Below, piece by piece: positions 32,614 through 45,834 of a DNA stretch of 64,000 nt (within the stretch, counting starts at the first letter, position 1; each line of letters opens with the position of its first letter). This stretch comes from Lama guanicoe. Lineage: Eukaryota. A program made the position numbers and the translations under genes. The DNA lies in NCBI GenBank assembly GCA_013239625.1, contig MU053561.1:5005214-5069213 (forward strand), in the 5' to 3' direction. Under the pieces are notes generated by a model. The model searched no databases. It was not told the origin of the DNA and worked only from the letters and a program-made list of their open reading frames with translations.

Positions 32614-34316
32614 TTTTTTTTTTTCCATTTTGGTAAAATATACGTAGCATAAAATTTACCATTTTAGCTATCTTTTTTTTTTTGATGGAGGTACTGGGGA
32701 TTGAACCCAGTACCCAGTACCTCATGCACGCTAAGCATGTGCTCTACCACTGAGCTATACCCGCCCCCATTTTAGCTATCTTTAAATGTACAGCTCAGTG
32801 GCTTTAAATATTTCCACATTTTGGTACAACTATCACCACTGTCCATCCACAGAACTTTTTTCATCTTGCAAAACTGAAACTCTATACCCGTTATTCAGCA
32901 GCCTTCCCATCCCGCCTCTCTCCCGCCTCCAGCGCCATAATTCTGCTATCTTTATATAAATTTAACTACTCTAGGAACCTCGTAAGAGTAGAATCATATT
33001 ATGTTTGTTCTTTTGTGTCTGTATTATTTCACGTAGTATAATAGCCTCAGGGTTCATCCATGTTATAATATGTGTCAGAATTTCCTTCCTTTTTACAGCT
33101 GAGTAATAGTTCATTATATGCATGTACCACATTTTGTTTTCCATTCCCCCATCAATGGACATTTCACTTTTGGCTATTGTGAATAATGCTGCCATGAAGG
33201 TAGGTGTTCAAGTTTCTCTTCATGTCTCTGATTTCCATTTTGGGAGGTATATACCTAGAAGTGGAATTGCTGGATCATATGGCAATCCTGTTCTTAATAT
33301 TTTGAGGAACCATAATGCTGTTTTCCATAGTAGCTGCATTTTACATTCCCACAAGCAGTGCACAAAGGTTCCAATTTCCCTACATCCTCACCAGTATTTG
33401 CTATTTTCTGTTTTTGATGGTAGGCATGAAGTGGTATCTCATTGTGGTTGTGATCTGCATTTTCCTAATGATTAGTGATGTTGAGTATCTTTTCTTGTGC
33501 TTATTGGCCATCTGTATATCCCCATTGGAAAAATGTCTTTGCTTATTTTTTTACTTCATTTTGTTGTTGTTAAGTTTTAGGAGTTCTTTATGTAGTCTAG
33601 ATATTAATCCCTTATCAGATTTTTGATTTGTAGATGTTGTCTCTCATTCTGTGGGCTGCTCTCATTTTTACTCTCTTGATCATGTCGTTTGATGAACAAA
33701 AGTTTTTAATTTTGACATAGTCCAATATGTCTATTTTTAATTTTGTTACCTGGGTTTTTGGTGTCATATCCAAGAAATCATTGCCAAATCCAATGTTATG
33801 ATGCTTTCCCCCGGTGTCTTCTTCTGAGAGTTTTATAGTTTTAGCTCTTAAATTTAGGTCTTTGATCCATTTGATCCATTTGAATTAAATTTCACATAGG
33901 CTGTGAGGTAAGGGTCCAAATTCGTTCTTTTATCACATGGATATCCAGTTTTTCCTACCTTGTTTGTTGCAAAGACTGTCTTTTCCCCATTGAATGATCT
34001 TGGCACCCTTGTTGAAGATCATTTGACCATATATGTAAGGTTTTATTTCTGGGCTCTCTGTTCTGTTTCATTGGTCTGTATGTCTGTCTTTATGCCAGTA
34101 CCATACTATTTTGATTACTATAGCTTTGTAGTAAGTTTTGAAATCAGGATGTGTAAATTCTCCAAATTTGTTCCTTTTCAAAATTGTTTTGGCTTTTCAG
34201 GGTCCCTTAAGATGCCATGTGAATTTCAGGGTGAATCTATTCTGCAGAAAAAAAGAACCATTGGGACTTTGATAAGGATTGCATTGAATGTGTGATTGCT
34301 TTGGCTAGTACTGACA
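32614..34316 (-). mobile_element. Degenerate LINE-1 3' fragment (older L1MA/L1MB-like; ORF2 C-terminus plus 3' UTR)
   Basis: Poly-T at the left end. Minus-strand peptide MAALFTIAK...YYSAVKRKEIL...WMNPEAIILREI is an L1 ORF2 C-terminal remnant, with many frameshifts. Confidence 0.9.
32676..32768 (-). mobile_element. tRNA-derived SINE (vic-1-like), short form, inserted in an L1 3' end
   Basis: Reverse-complement A/B boxes and poly-T. Perfect flanking duplication ATTTTAGCTATCTTT at 32661-75 and 32769-83. Confidence 0.9.
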
Positions 34317-37300
34317 GGGATCCAACTCTTAAGAACACTGTAATCACCCGAAGTGCCATTTGCTGACATTCTGCCCACAAATGCATCCTCACCTTTGGGG
34401 TTCCTGCTAATAAATACATATTGTGATCCTTGATGCAAGACCAAGTCTGGGAGGTCAGACAAGCTAACCAGACCTTTTACACTAAGCTCAACTCTTGCCA
34501 TTTTCTGTAGAAGTCATCTCCCACCACTGCAAATGTTCTGGCCCAACTCCCAACCTGTGGACCAAACTCAACCCTACAGCCCAACGTCTTTCCTGCCCTA
34601 CTCAGTTCCAGAACACTCAAGAACTTCAGCTGGACTTATTTTCACAAATGCAGGCTCATCTTTTCCTGAATGCACATAGGTATTCAGTCAACAAACATGT
34701 GTTGAGCACCTAGTATATATCAGGTAACATGCTAGGACTAGAGGCATGCAAATTAATGATAACAATAATAACTAATAAACACTAAGCATTTCCTATATGC
34801 CAGGCACTAAGTTCTTTACATCCATTACGTCATTTAATTCTCCCTCTAGCCCTAAGAGGTTAAAAACTTGTCCAAGGGTGACACAACTGAACCCAGATAA
34901 CAAATTCCAGAGCTCACATGCGTAAACACAATGCAAAACTGCCTTCTAACAAAACATAGCTCTTCAAGGAGCTCACATTTCAGAGGAAACAGGTACATAA
35001 AGAGAAGACATTGTTCTACAATGTGGTAAGGGCAACGCTAGAGATATACCAGAAATTTAAGGCATCCTAGAGAAGGATGGCCTAACCCAGCCGTCAATGC
35101 ATACCCCTTCATGGTGCTCCCCTAAATGTCCCCTCTGAGACCTCAGCCTCATCCCTTCCTGGAGAGAGCCCCACAATGGCCACTCTGTGAACCCTCAGTC
35201 ATGCATATTAATTTAATCCCCTACATCTGTTACTCCTCCAGGGAAAACTAAAGAGATGTAGAGCCTGCCCATCAACCCAACCCCAGCCAGTCAGCCCACA
35301 GATGCGTTCCATGTTGGACAAGGCAGGAAAGAGTGAAGTTTCGCTGTAACTTATCAGCTCTACTGGAAAGTGGTGTTGAGCTCAGTAAAGGGCTCATCAC
35401 TCTACAGTGCACAGCTCCAAACAAAGCCTATGCCATTAGACTGGATGGAAAGGGAAATTGATGACGAGCTGCTGTGGGAGAGGACAGATGAATTCAAAGG
35501 GTTCAGAGGAATCGTGCGAACTCAGGAACTCACACAGACAAGCTCAACCTCCTGCCTCCATGCGTCTCTTTCCTTTCAGAAACAGAGTGGTGAGCCTCCT
35601 CCTGCAGGGAACTCAGCTGAGGACGACTAACGCGCAGTAAATTAGTGCTCCGGGGAGGAGTGGGGAGATATGTGACTCTTTTCCCTCAGGTGACTCTTTT
35701 TCCTGCACAGACTGGGGTGACACATCAGGGATTATCCAGCCAGACACAGAGCACCAGCGTGGGCCGGTGCCTCAGGCATTCTGAGACATGGAGCAGTTCT
35801 TTTCTCTGTGGCTTCACCTCACAGTCTGTGCCTGAGGCAGGTTTGTGGAGACCCTTCAGGCTGGAGCAATAAGGAATGAAAACCCATGGCTAGAAATTCT
35901 AAGTGTTTTTGGAAATGTGAGTCCCTGAGATGACAGAGGATTTGTTAATCACGGTTGAAAGGGCTATGGCCTTTTATACCATGGTCTTTCATCTCCCAGG
36001 AGAAATTACTGACAATGACATAGTGTAGTTAAAATGGATTGTGAAATCAAAGGGCCAGACAAGCATCAGACACCATCTTCCTTCAATTACCAGGAACTTT
36101 CTTTGCCAGATGATCCAAATATGCGTGATTTACTATGCAGAGAAGTTCTTCCTATACCACCTGGTCTTGAACCTGGAGCTGCCCTGACGCTCCCAGGGGC
36201 CCTCTCCCTGGTAATGAAGGAGGAGGGGTGGAACTGTACTCTCCAGTCTTTTCATCCCAGCAGTTGCCCGTTTCCTGCCAGATTTGCCACTTGAGGATGG
36301 ATTCATCTTTTTGACCCAAATACATTTGGAAAATGCAAGAGCCTAGAGCCAGAAGATCTGGGTTAAGTCCTAGCTCTTCAAGCTCCCCCAGTCTACCCTG
36401 GGCACATCACTAACATTTCTGAGCCTCATTGCCCTCACCTGTAGGACAGGTGCGTCGTTGCTTTGATGGCGGTAATCAGGCTTCGCCTCGGAACTGCTCC
36501 CTGAGAGCATACTGCAGCCTCGCTGCCTGGATCACCTACTTTTTCCTTGAAGGCCTGTCACTTTCACAACTGGGTAACTTGAGAACAAAGGGGATAAGCC
36601 AGCACGCAAGCAACTGTTAAGTCTGAAGAGGTGGGAGGGAGCAGGGAGCAGGGAAGGTAAAGAATAAATCAAGTGGCTGTGTAATTAATTTAGAATAACT
36701 TAATCACTGAACATTGAAAAGAAACAAAAGTGGTGACATTTAGTGAATGTGTCAGCCGATATCTCACTCATTCCAGCTGTCTTTTTAAATGTCACATCTC
36801 TCACAATCCCTTTCCTTTGCAGCTGGAAGGCTTGTGCTAACAGCCACCACCACCTCTGGTTGATGCCCGGTAGGTTAGCACGGGCACATAATTTCAGAAG
36901 CTGGAGGTCCTGGAGGTTGCAGGAGCAAGAGACAATGCCACCCCCCCAGACAGGGGGGCACTGCAGCTGCTTCTCGGGGGCACCCACTGACCCATTCTCC
37001 TGGCCCTTCAACCACCTCTGGCCAGCAAGTGCAGAAAACACACAAGGTATCCGCACCAAGAGGAAGACAGTGTGTTTTCGTGTCCATCCCCCATTTGTGC
37101 CTCTTCAAACTTCTCAGAGCTCGAGAGTTTTCAAGAGAAAACCTTAGCTGAACCCCGGGGAGAGAGAAAGCCAAGAGCCGGTTGCACCAGAGAACTCCAG
37201 GCTCAGGAATTTCCATTCCGAGCTGATTGGCCCTTGGTTCAGTCCTCTATAAATACCAGATACTGCTTCCGAGACAAACCAGGGGAACAAGCCAGCTGGA

Positions 37301-38607
37301 TTTTCACTTTGGGGAGAAAACGTGAAGCCAGGCAGCACGGATCAGTTTTCATCCCCAACCCCAGCCCTACCCCCCAGCGTGAGCTCCCCCACTTCCAGCC
37401 ACAGCTGAGCGGCCAGTCTCTTCAACCTCGCCGGGTGTCGAGGTACCAGGAGACGGAGCCACGCAAACCCAAGTGGAAAACTGGCTGGTGTTCAACCAAC
37501 CTGGAAGTTTAAGTGGCCTAGGCAGACGCGAAAGTTCCAGCAACTCCGGCTCATTTAGCAGAGGGCAGCTTCTGGCCGGTGAAGCAGAGAAGGGCCACGG
37601 TGTTCCAGGCTGCCTGGGGAGCCGGGCAGGGGGAGCCAGCTCAGGACAAACAGTAGCTACTCAGCCTTGGCCAAGCCAAGCTACGCAGGGAGCCCACAGT
37701 GACCTGTCATGGGAGAGGCTACTTTTTCACTGCCCAGTCGTCACCTTCTCGTGCAGAGTCCATGCCAGCCGCTCAGGGAAGCCGAAAACACACAGGTGCT
37801 CCCCCGCCCAAGTGTACCCCCAGTTAGAGCAGCGCCCAAGCACATGAGTGCTCGCCTCCACTGTCTCCTCACCAGCACGCAAAGCCAATGGCTTATTAAA
37901 GTAAGTGTTCCCACTCCATCTCTGTGGCTCCTGGATGGAGTGCCTCCTGCATGATCAGCCGTCCTTCCTTGAGGTTCTGTCCTTACCTGACTCTGGTTTC
38001 CCTCATGCGATCCCATTTTGCAGTCACCCCAACTCTTATATACACACCCCTAGAAGTGAGATGGCCCCCAGGCCCAGTGCTGGGTCTCCCCCCAACTCTC
38101 CATGCCATGCCTGGACAATTTCACTCATCACCCCCATCCCCCACATGACCTACCGCCCCTGTGCTGATGTTGATCCATGTCCCAGCTTCCACGACCCTCC
38201 ACGTACCAGGCCCAAACTGCCATCTGTCACAGACGAGGCCCTCAGACATCCTGCTGCAGACAAAACCCACAATTTCCCAAGCAGACTTCTCTCCAAGCCA
38301 ACTCCCTCGGCTGTCTGTGAACCTCAGCATTGTCCCATTAGTTTGATCCTCGACTCCCAAGTCTCCCACCATCAGTGACCAGGCTTGGAGCCTTTTTCTT
38401 GTCTAGCTCTGTGCCCCCTGCCCACTGCCTTGTGTGTCCAGGTGCCCCAGTGGGATGGGTCTGTGAGAAAGGAAGCACCTACAGCCAGAAGGGAGTGCAC
38501 ACATGAGCCAAGACCAGAGTCAAGTACCCAGATTCAGAACACAAGTGTGTGGTTCAGAAAACAGTTTCTAGAAAACGAAGTATAATGGTAATGAGGATGG
38601 TCTCCAG

Positions 38608-38789
38608 CAGTGGCTGTCAAACTTTACTGTGCATTTGAGCCACCTGGACACCATGTTAAAACTGTCAGTCACTGCCACAGAGAGTCTGATGCACTAGACA
38701 CAGGGTGGGGCCTAGGAATCTGTATTTCAACAAACTGGCAGGTGATTCTGTTGCCGGTGAAATCTAGGCCTGCGCACTGAGGACCATTT
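38608..38789. mobile_element. MER5-type DNA transposon fossil
   Basis: cagtggctgtcaaactt...gggtggggcctaggaatctgtattt...caggtgattctg. Confidence 0.7.
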
Positions 38790-40819
38790 GGTCCCAGAAT
38801 TAGAGATTGGCTTTACCTGGAGTGGAACAGCTGTTCCTAATCAAGAAGACCCTGACCCAGAGCCAGCTCACAGGGTGACTGTGCTCTGAATTCCTGAATT
38901 CCACATGTCAGGCCGTCACAGAGGGCTGCATTCATGGACAGTCTTGGGGTGGGATTATACCCCCCATCAGGTATCAGTCTGGCAGCCCCACAAGCAGCAC
39001 ACTGTTGACCTAAACATGAGGGGGTGTTAGCAGCAAAGGAGCCCAGTCTGGAAACTGCCTTGTGCCCCAAAGGTCACCCCCCATCAATGGTACTGCAGTT
39101 CAGTCCCAGCTACAGCAGGGCAAGCCATCTGCTTCCCATCCCCACACCCTTGTTCTGTCGCCACAGAGCAAAAGCAGAGGCAGACAGGTTGATCATGACA
39201 GAGAGCATCTGCTCTAAGCCAGGCTGACCGCAGGCTGGGCACAGGCAGGGCAAGAGGCGGTGGCGGAGTGCTGCCCAGAGCCCCTGCCCCCACCCCGCTT
39301 CCTAACCCAGTCTTTTCCTGCTTACAGCCAATAAGCACTGGCCAGGCTCCAAGGGACAGATCCCAGAGAATTCTAGGAGGTGGACTCTGTGTGATCAAGG
39401 ACTGATTGAAGCAGAAGGTAAGAGTCAGATGGAGGTCTGGGAGAGTGCCATTCCCACCCACTGGCCCTATGAATTGAGTCTGAGGATGGGAGGCCAACTG
39501 AGCCTGTTTTTTTGCCCATGAGAAAGTGTCTTGAGATGCCTCCCAAGCTCCCAACCTCCTGCTGGAGACCCCCACGTAGACGACTGTAGGGACCTCGAAT
39601 TCAGTGCATTTCTCTCACTGCTGACTCTCCTCCCTCCCAGCCTCCAGTCCTCCTGTGTCCCGTCCCATGGTCAACACACCATTGATATTCTCATCCCAGG
39701 CCCCAGGGCCTCTGAATCACAGTCTCTCTATTCCTCCCTCTTCTGGTCCCCAATCACTCACAAGTCCTGTCCATTGCACCTACAGTCTCACACTTGTCCC
39801 CACCTTTCAGAGACCGCATTCCTACCTTAGCTCAGGCCCCCATCACTTCTGGCCCAGCTGACTGTGGGCGTTTACTAAGGGGTCTGCTAATCTCTGCTTT
39901 TTGACCTCTCTACCCTCTTAATTCCCCACCTGGCACTTGCAGATTATCTAGAGATCCTCAATATTTAAAAGCACTACTAGAAACTGTTCACTTACATCAA
40001 TAAAGCCTCATGGATTATTAATAAATATAATACGTTAACTGGCAGAAATCAAACTGAGATCTATGGAGGTAATTAATGAAAGGGATTTCCTGGTGATGAA
40101 ACGTTGTGGACCCAGCCTGTCTTCACAGTCCCAGTTAGCCATCTCTCTGAAACAAAGGTCTAATGTCACTTCTCTGGCCACCCTCCCCCATTCCTTCAGA
40201 TTCTCTTGGGGGCATTCAAGTCCAGCGCCATGTTCGCCTCTCTCCACACAGGCTGCGTTTCCCAAACACCTATGCATTTCCACTTCTCCATGACTTTGCC
40301 AACACTGTTCCCTCATCCTGGACTGTTCTTACACTCCCCCTTTGCCTTGAAACCTTTCTTGTCCTTCATCTTGCTGCTCACACTTCCCTCCTTCATCTTC
40401 CCTGATGAAGGAGGTGCATCTTCTGCACCTCCCACATCAGAATTAACAGCTCCTTCTTTGTCTCGCTAAGTCCAACGTTTATATCTCCTTCCTAGAACAC
40501 ATTTCATTCTGATGTATGTCATAGTTACGATCTTCCCTGTCAGAGCAGAGGCTGCTTGAGCGCTGATGTCCCCACTGCACTTTGCATAGTAGGTGCTTAA
40601 TAATTGCTTATTGGATAAGTTGGAACGTGAATGAATGAGATGACTTCTCCTCTAGACTAAGATTAACATCATCACAATGACCCAGAATTATCCTACAACA
40701 TCCAATAGAAATAGACCAAAAAGAATACACCTTTGGAAGGTTCTCTAAGTGTTTCTACTGCCCCTGTGGTCTAGAGTGGCCACTTAGGACCACACTGGCC
40801 ACTATCTTCCAGTAATACT

Positions 40820-41030
40820 AGTAAAAGCAGCTATTATCTGTTAAATGATTATGTCGTGCCTGTCTCATGCCAGGTTCTTTACATGCATTACCCGGTCAAT
40901 TCTGACATCAATCCAATGAGGTAGTTACTATTAGTATTATCTCATACAGATGAGGAAACAAGTAGAGAAGTCAAGCCACTTGCCCAAGGCCAAGGTGGGG
41001 AGCTGAGAATAAAACCTAGGTAAGTCCAAC
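40820..41030 (-). mobile_element. MIR SINE
   Basis: atgaggtagttactatt...acagatgaggaaac...agtcaagccacttgcccaagg. Confidence 0.7.
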
Positions 41031-44000
41031 CCTATCCTGTCGCTGGAGGGCTGGGCCCCCACGTGCATCCTTGAGCCATCAGGAACAACAGCACGGTCAA
41101 CAGATTTATCTCTTGCCAGGGAAGCTCTGAGCTCCACAAGGCAAATTGCACAAGCCACGAAGGACAGCCCACTGGCTCTTTGCCCTGCCCAAAATGCAGG
41201 TTTCTCCACAGGCCCCAAACACTGCACAGGAAGCATCTTCCTTTCTGCCCTAGAAACCTGGACCCAGGCCACTGAATGTCACCTGACTGAAAGGGCTGCT
41301 TCTGCCAGACACCAGCCTTCCTTCCTCTGCAAAGTGGTGTCTGGGATCGATGCCTCTGATGATAGATGCTTTCAGTACTTTGGCCAGTCCCACCGAGAAG
41401 GTTTGAATACAAACTGGGCCAGCAGGAAAAGGTAATTAGGCAGCACTTTCCTGATGAGATGGGAGGATCAGCAGGTGTAAGATCAGGGATCTGAGTCCTG
41501 GTGTGCATATAATTAGGCATCGCTGTTCTGTTCACACACTGGAGGGTCAAGCTTGAAAAAATCCCAGCCAACTCTTCTCATAATTCCGGGTTGGGGTAGA
41601 GGAAGGAGGCCAAGGGTGCCAAAAACCAAAAAACGAAAAAAACAAAACAGAACAAAACAAAACCAAAACAGAGCAGCCAGAATCTCACACCTTCTTCTAC
41701 AAGCGCAGCCCTTGATTATGAAAAAAGAATAACCACAAGGGAACAGAAAGAACCCTGTGGCACACAAAAGGGTTGTAGGAAGGCGAAGGGAGGCTTAAAA
41801 TCAGGAAGGCAAGAGCTACGAGTCATCCTATTTAAATCCTAACAAGGCCTGTATTCAGAGATAACAAAGGCCACGGTGTTTAATTAAGGGTATAAATGGT
41901 AGAAATATGAGACAGGAGCTTTTACAAATTGTTAATGAGGTGGATGAGAAACCTCTAAAAATAAACCAGGGCAAGTTTAAAGGGTAATTAGGGGTACGAA
42001 AATAAACAGAGAGTGTCAATTTGAGAGAAGTTCTCTGCAAACTCCTCCAACCTGTCCTTAGTAGGTAGGGCAGGCCCAAGAGAGAGCCCCCAAGGGGTCA
42101 GGGCCAGCAGCAAGGGCCCAGGTGTCCTCTTAACCTGACTTGTTTCCCTGCCTAGACTTTTAAGAATGATAATGAGCTCCCTCACCGCCCCGCTCCATCC
42201 TGCTCCAACCAGCCAGAGACACACACACCCCCAACCATGCCAGGCAGGTGATGCCTTACCTAACAGGGAGTCCTCAGAGGGACCTGAGCAAATATTAGAG
42301 GATGAAAGACCTTAAGAGCTAAGTGCTAACTGTCAATCTGGTTCCTGCCTTTGAGCTGATAGCAAGGAATTCTGCCTACCTGCCCGGCACACTTGCTCAA
42401 CACACAGACACACTTAGCAGTCAAAAGACTTCCAGTCAAGGCCAAGTGCACGGCGCACAGGGGGTAGGTGGTTGCTTACACCTGAGGTGGATTTGAGGCA
42501 TCCTTGTCTGCTTCCGGCCCCCCACCTCCACATTATCTTTCTCCCGCTCCCCATCACTGCTTTAAACACCACCACATTTGGAAATGCTCTGTGGTCAAGT
42601 AGGTTTGGGAAATTCTTCCCATAATATGCCCCTCGGGGAGATGCACATTAACACATTTAATGCTCTGAGAGAACCGTGGTAGAGAAATCTCTTCGTGTTT
42701 ATTTAACTCAGCATTTCCCAAACTAACCCTTTGTCCACAAAATACCATTTACCATCCCTCCCACTACCCACTCCAACCAGTCAAATCTGGGGGCATTAAC
42801 ACAGTTCCAAGGGCCTGGGACTTGACCTTGGGAGGGATAACTGGAGCATGGCCCCTCCCTGCTCTGATGGAGCATCAGTGGTCTCCCCCAAAGGTCTGGA
42901 GTGGCTGGGCATGGGAACCAGGAAGTCGGAAACCTACAAAGGGAAACAAGGGGCTCCGGTGACAAACTCCCTCACTCCATTTATTTTTTTGCCAACTTCT
43001 CTGCAAATACCAGGCAATGCCAGTCCTTAGAGTTACAAAGTGCTACCCACCTCAAGAGGAGAACTGTTCCCCCAGATTCCAATCCAGAGCAAACAGTCTG
43101 GCCCTGTGAATCTCTATCTGTCCCCAGTGGGAGATTAAAAATGCATCAGTCAAAAGACAGGGCACATCACTATTATTGCTAGAGGCTGTGTGACCTGGGC
43201 AAAGTGATTCAACCCTCATTATCACCCATCCTTATTTGTAAAAGTAGGTTAATAATAATAGCTCCCTCACAGAGTTGATTAGAAGGGGAACTAAAATATT
43301 ATACATAAGCACTTAGTATCTTTCAAAACATGTAAAGTATTTATAATGATCAAAATAGCACCATTTTATGTTTCCTTCTATCCCTCCTTTAGGTGAGTCC
43401 ATCTACATTCAGGGTCTTTGTTCTATGGAAATGTGGATGGGCCCCCAAACCATATCTCCACCCAGATCTCTCTCCTGAACTCTGGATTTCTGCTATATTT
43501 TGGGATTTTTTTTTTAAGAAAGCAGAAATCCAATGAACTCCAAGGAGAGAAAATAAAACATTGCCAGATATGAGAGGATCTGGAATTGAAATCAGGAGAA
43601 ACCCATTGAGAAAAGAAGCAGCAGATCTGTCTGTCCCTCTCTAGGGTCTGCTCTGTTCTCATCTCACACCTCACACCTTCCCCTGCCTGCTCATTATCCC
43701 CCAACTCCAGAGCCCACTCCAAATGGCAAGGGACTCCATGTCTCAATCCATACAACAGAAGTCCTAGGATTGGCCGCCTGGGGTTAGGTGTCCATCGCAG
43801 GTCCAAGAGCTGCAGCACTGTGGAGGGAGGGGGGTCATGTGACCGATAGAGCTGTCCCTTCCAGCATCACTGGACAGGACCAGCAATGAAAGAGTGTCCA
43901 CTTCATTCTTCTGCTTGCCTGCCTGGTACACATAAACTTTTCCCCCTTCAGACCTTTCCAAAGATGCTCTCATCTAAGTTGATCATATTTATGGCTACAA

Positions 44001-44916
44001 ATCACACATCTCCCCAAAGTCCCATTCACCTCCTCTTTCAGAGTCAGTGAGTGTCACAAGGCCATCTCAGAGGTCACTTGCTTGCCCCAGAATCCACAAT
44101 ACTCAGTTTCTGTCTACTCCTCTTCTATCTCTGTGAGATATTGTCCAAATTAGACCACCCACTTTCTACAATCTATGACCTAAATGGTAAATATAACCTC
44201 AGCCATTCCCCTAGTACCAAACAGTGCACCCAAAACAGGATGACAGCAGGAGAAAAATCATTTCCTTAGAAAAATGGAGGCAAGCAAGAAATCTCTAGGA
44301 CAAGAATCATACAGTGGCTCCTGGTCCAAGCATATATCAAATCCTGAAGGAACAGGGGACCCCTAGCTGGCATGGTAGGGCCAACGTCCTTGGGAGGCTG
44401 CCCATGCTTAAGAACCCAAATGAATCCTGAGGACCAGGCCACAAATCTTCTGTTGTTCAGAACCCAGGATTAGCTTCTTCAATCTGACTGCCCTTCTCTT
44501 AATGGCTGATAGCACATGGTGCAGAAGGGAGGTAGCTGGGAAACACGAGGTATGCCTTTCTTGATCTATCTTTCCTTATCCATGTTCCAGCCCTAGCTGT
44601 GGGACTTGCCTCTCGGTGGTGGGAGGGTTCCTCTTGGGGAAAGCAGAGTGAGAAGTGCCTACGAGGAGCTTGTAAGGGTGTCATCTTCTCTGGCAACCCC
44701 TTCTCCTCCCAAAGAATTCTTTCCCAATGGCCTGAACATCCATCTTTGTCAAACAGAACTTTTAACTTTGGCACCAGAAACTCAATGAAACAGAAAATTA
44801 GGACCAGACCAAAGTTTGGCAGGGCCCATTAGTTTCTGGACTTGGCCCTAAGTAATCAGAGAGCTCCAGCTACAGGCAAAATGGGCTTCCTGCACCAGTT
44901 ATATAATGACCCTGCT

Positions 44917-44956
44917 TTCCTTCCTTCCTTCCTTCCTTCCTTCCTTCCTTCCTTCC
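44917..44956. repeat. (TTCC)10 microsatellite
   Basis: Perfect tetranucleotide run. Confidence 0.95.
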
Positions 44957-45093
44957 AAAATTTTTTTGTTTGTTTTTTCGGGGGTTGGTAATTAGGTTTT
45001 CTGTTTGTTTGTCTTTAGTGGAGATACTAGGTATTGAACCCAGGACCTTGTGCGTGCTAAGCGCACACTCTGCCACTGAGCTATACCCTCCCC
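44957..45093 (-). mobile_element. tRNA-derived SINE (vic-1-like), long form
   Basis: Reads ...ATTGAACCCAGGACC...CACTGAGCTATACCCTCCCC on the + strand. The tail abuts (TTCC)10. Confidence 0.88.
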
Positions 45094-45834
45094 ATCTCAC
45101 TCTGCTTTTCTTACGTGCTTATAGACAGGCATTCTGGACAGAAACCTGCCTCTTTGTTGCCGGCCCTTGTCTCAGGTTATAAGCAATAAGTAGTCTGCTT
45201 CATTATCCTTACATTCAGACATCAAGCCTCCCAAATCTTCACCTTTGGTGTGCCTACAGTTTGGGTCTCAAGGGATAGCAGGTGACAACTTAATTAGTTG
45301 CTTTTCCACCCAAACTCACAGACTGCAAACTTCTTCTCCTGTAATGAAAACATTTTTATTATATCTCTTTCCAACATAATACCATAGCTAGGCTCATGTC
45401 TTAAGGCTCTCACAATTGAAACCCCACTCCTGGTACCAATTTCCATTCTGACTACAACTTTTCTGGTTGCACACTTAAAAGGATTAAAGTAAAAAATTTT
45501 AAATATATTGAACACTTAAACATACATATGTGTATATATATGTATACACACACACACACACAGAGAAAGGGGGTAGGGGAGAGACTGTGGGAGAGAAAGA
45601 ACAAGGACAGCCAGGAAACTGAAAGTAAAAATTAGAAAGTGAACCAGGCAACTTCTCTGTCTCTGTCTCTTTCAGGGTTGGTGACATGGTCACCTGGTTT
45701 TTCATTAATCTGTGTCTATCCCATCTTTTTAGACCTTTCAAGCAGACAATGAGGGACCAATTCACTGCATCTCAGCAACTTTCATATGGCCCAGTGGCTG
45801 GCTCAAACAAATGAATTACGCCAATCAGATTTTG

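Larger units (their letters stand above)
43600..45800 (-). mobile_element. Degenerate MaLR element (internal remnant plus LTR-like flanks)
   Basis: ccccactcctggtaccaatttc at about 45422-43 is the reverse complement of the MaLR internal 5' start, and MLT1-like sequence follows. Extent uncertain. Confidence 0.45.

Noticed and set aside
32971..34295. Several 70-120 aa ORFs
   Set aside because: Fragments or antisense frames of a decayed L1 ORF2.
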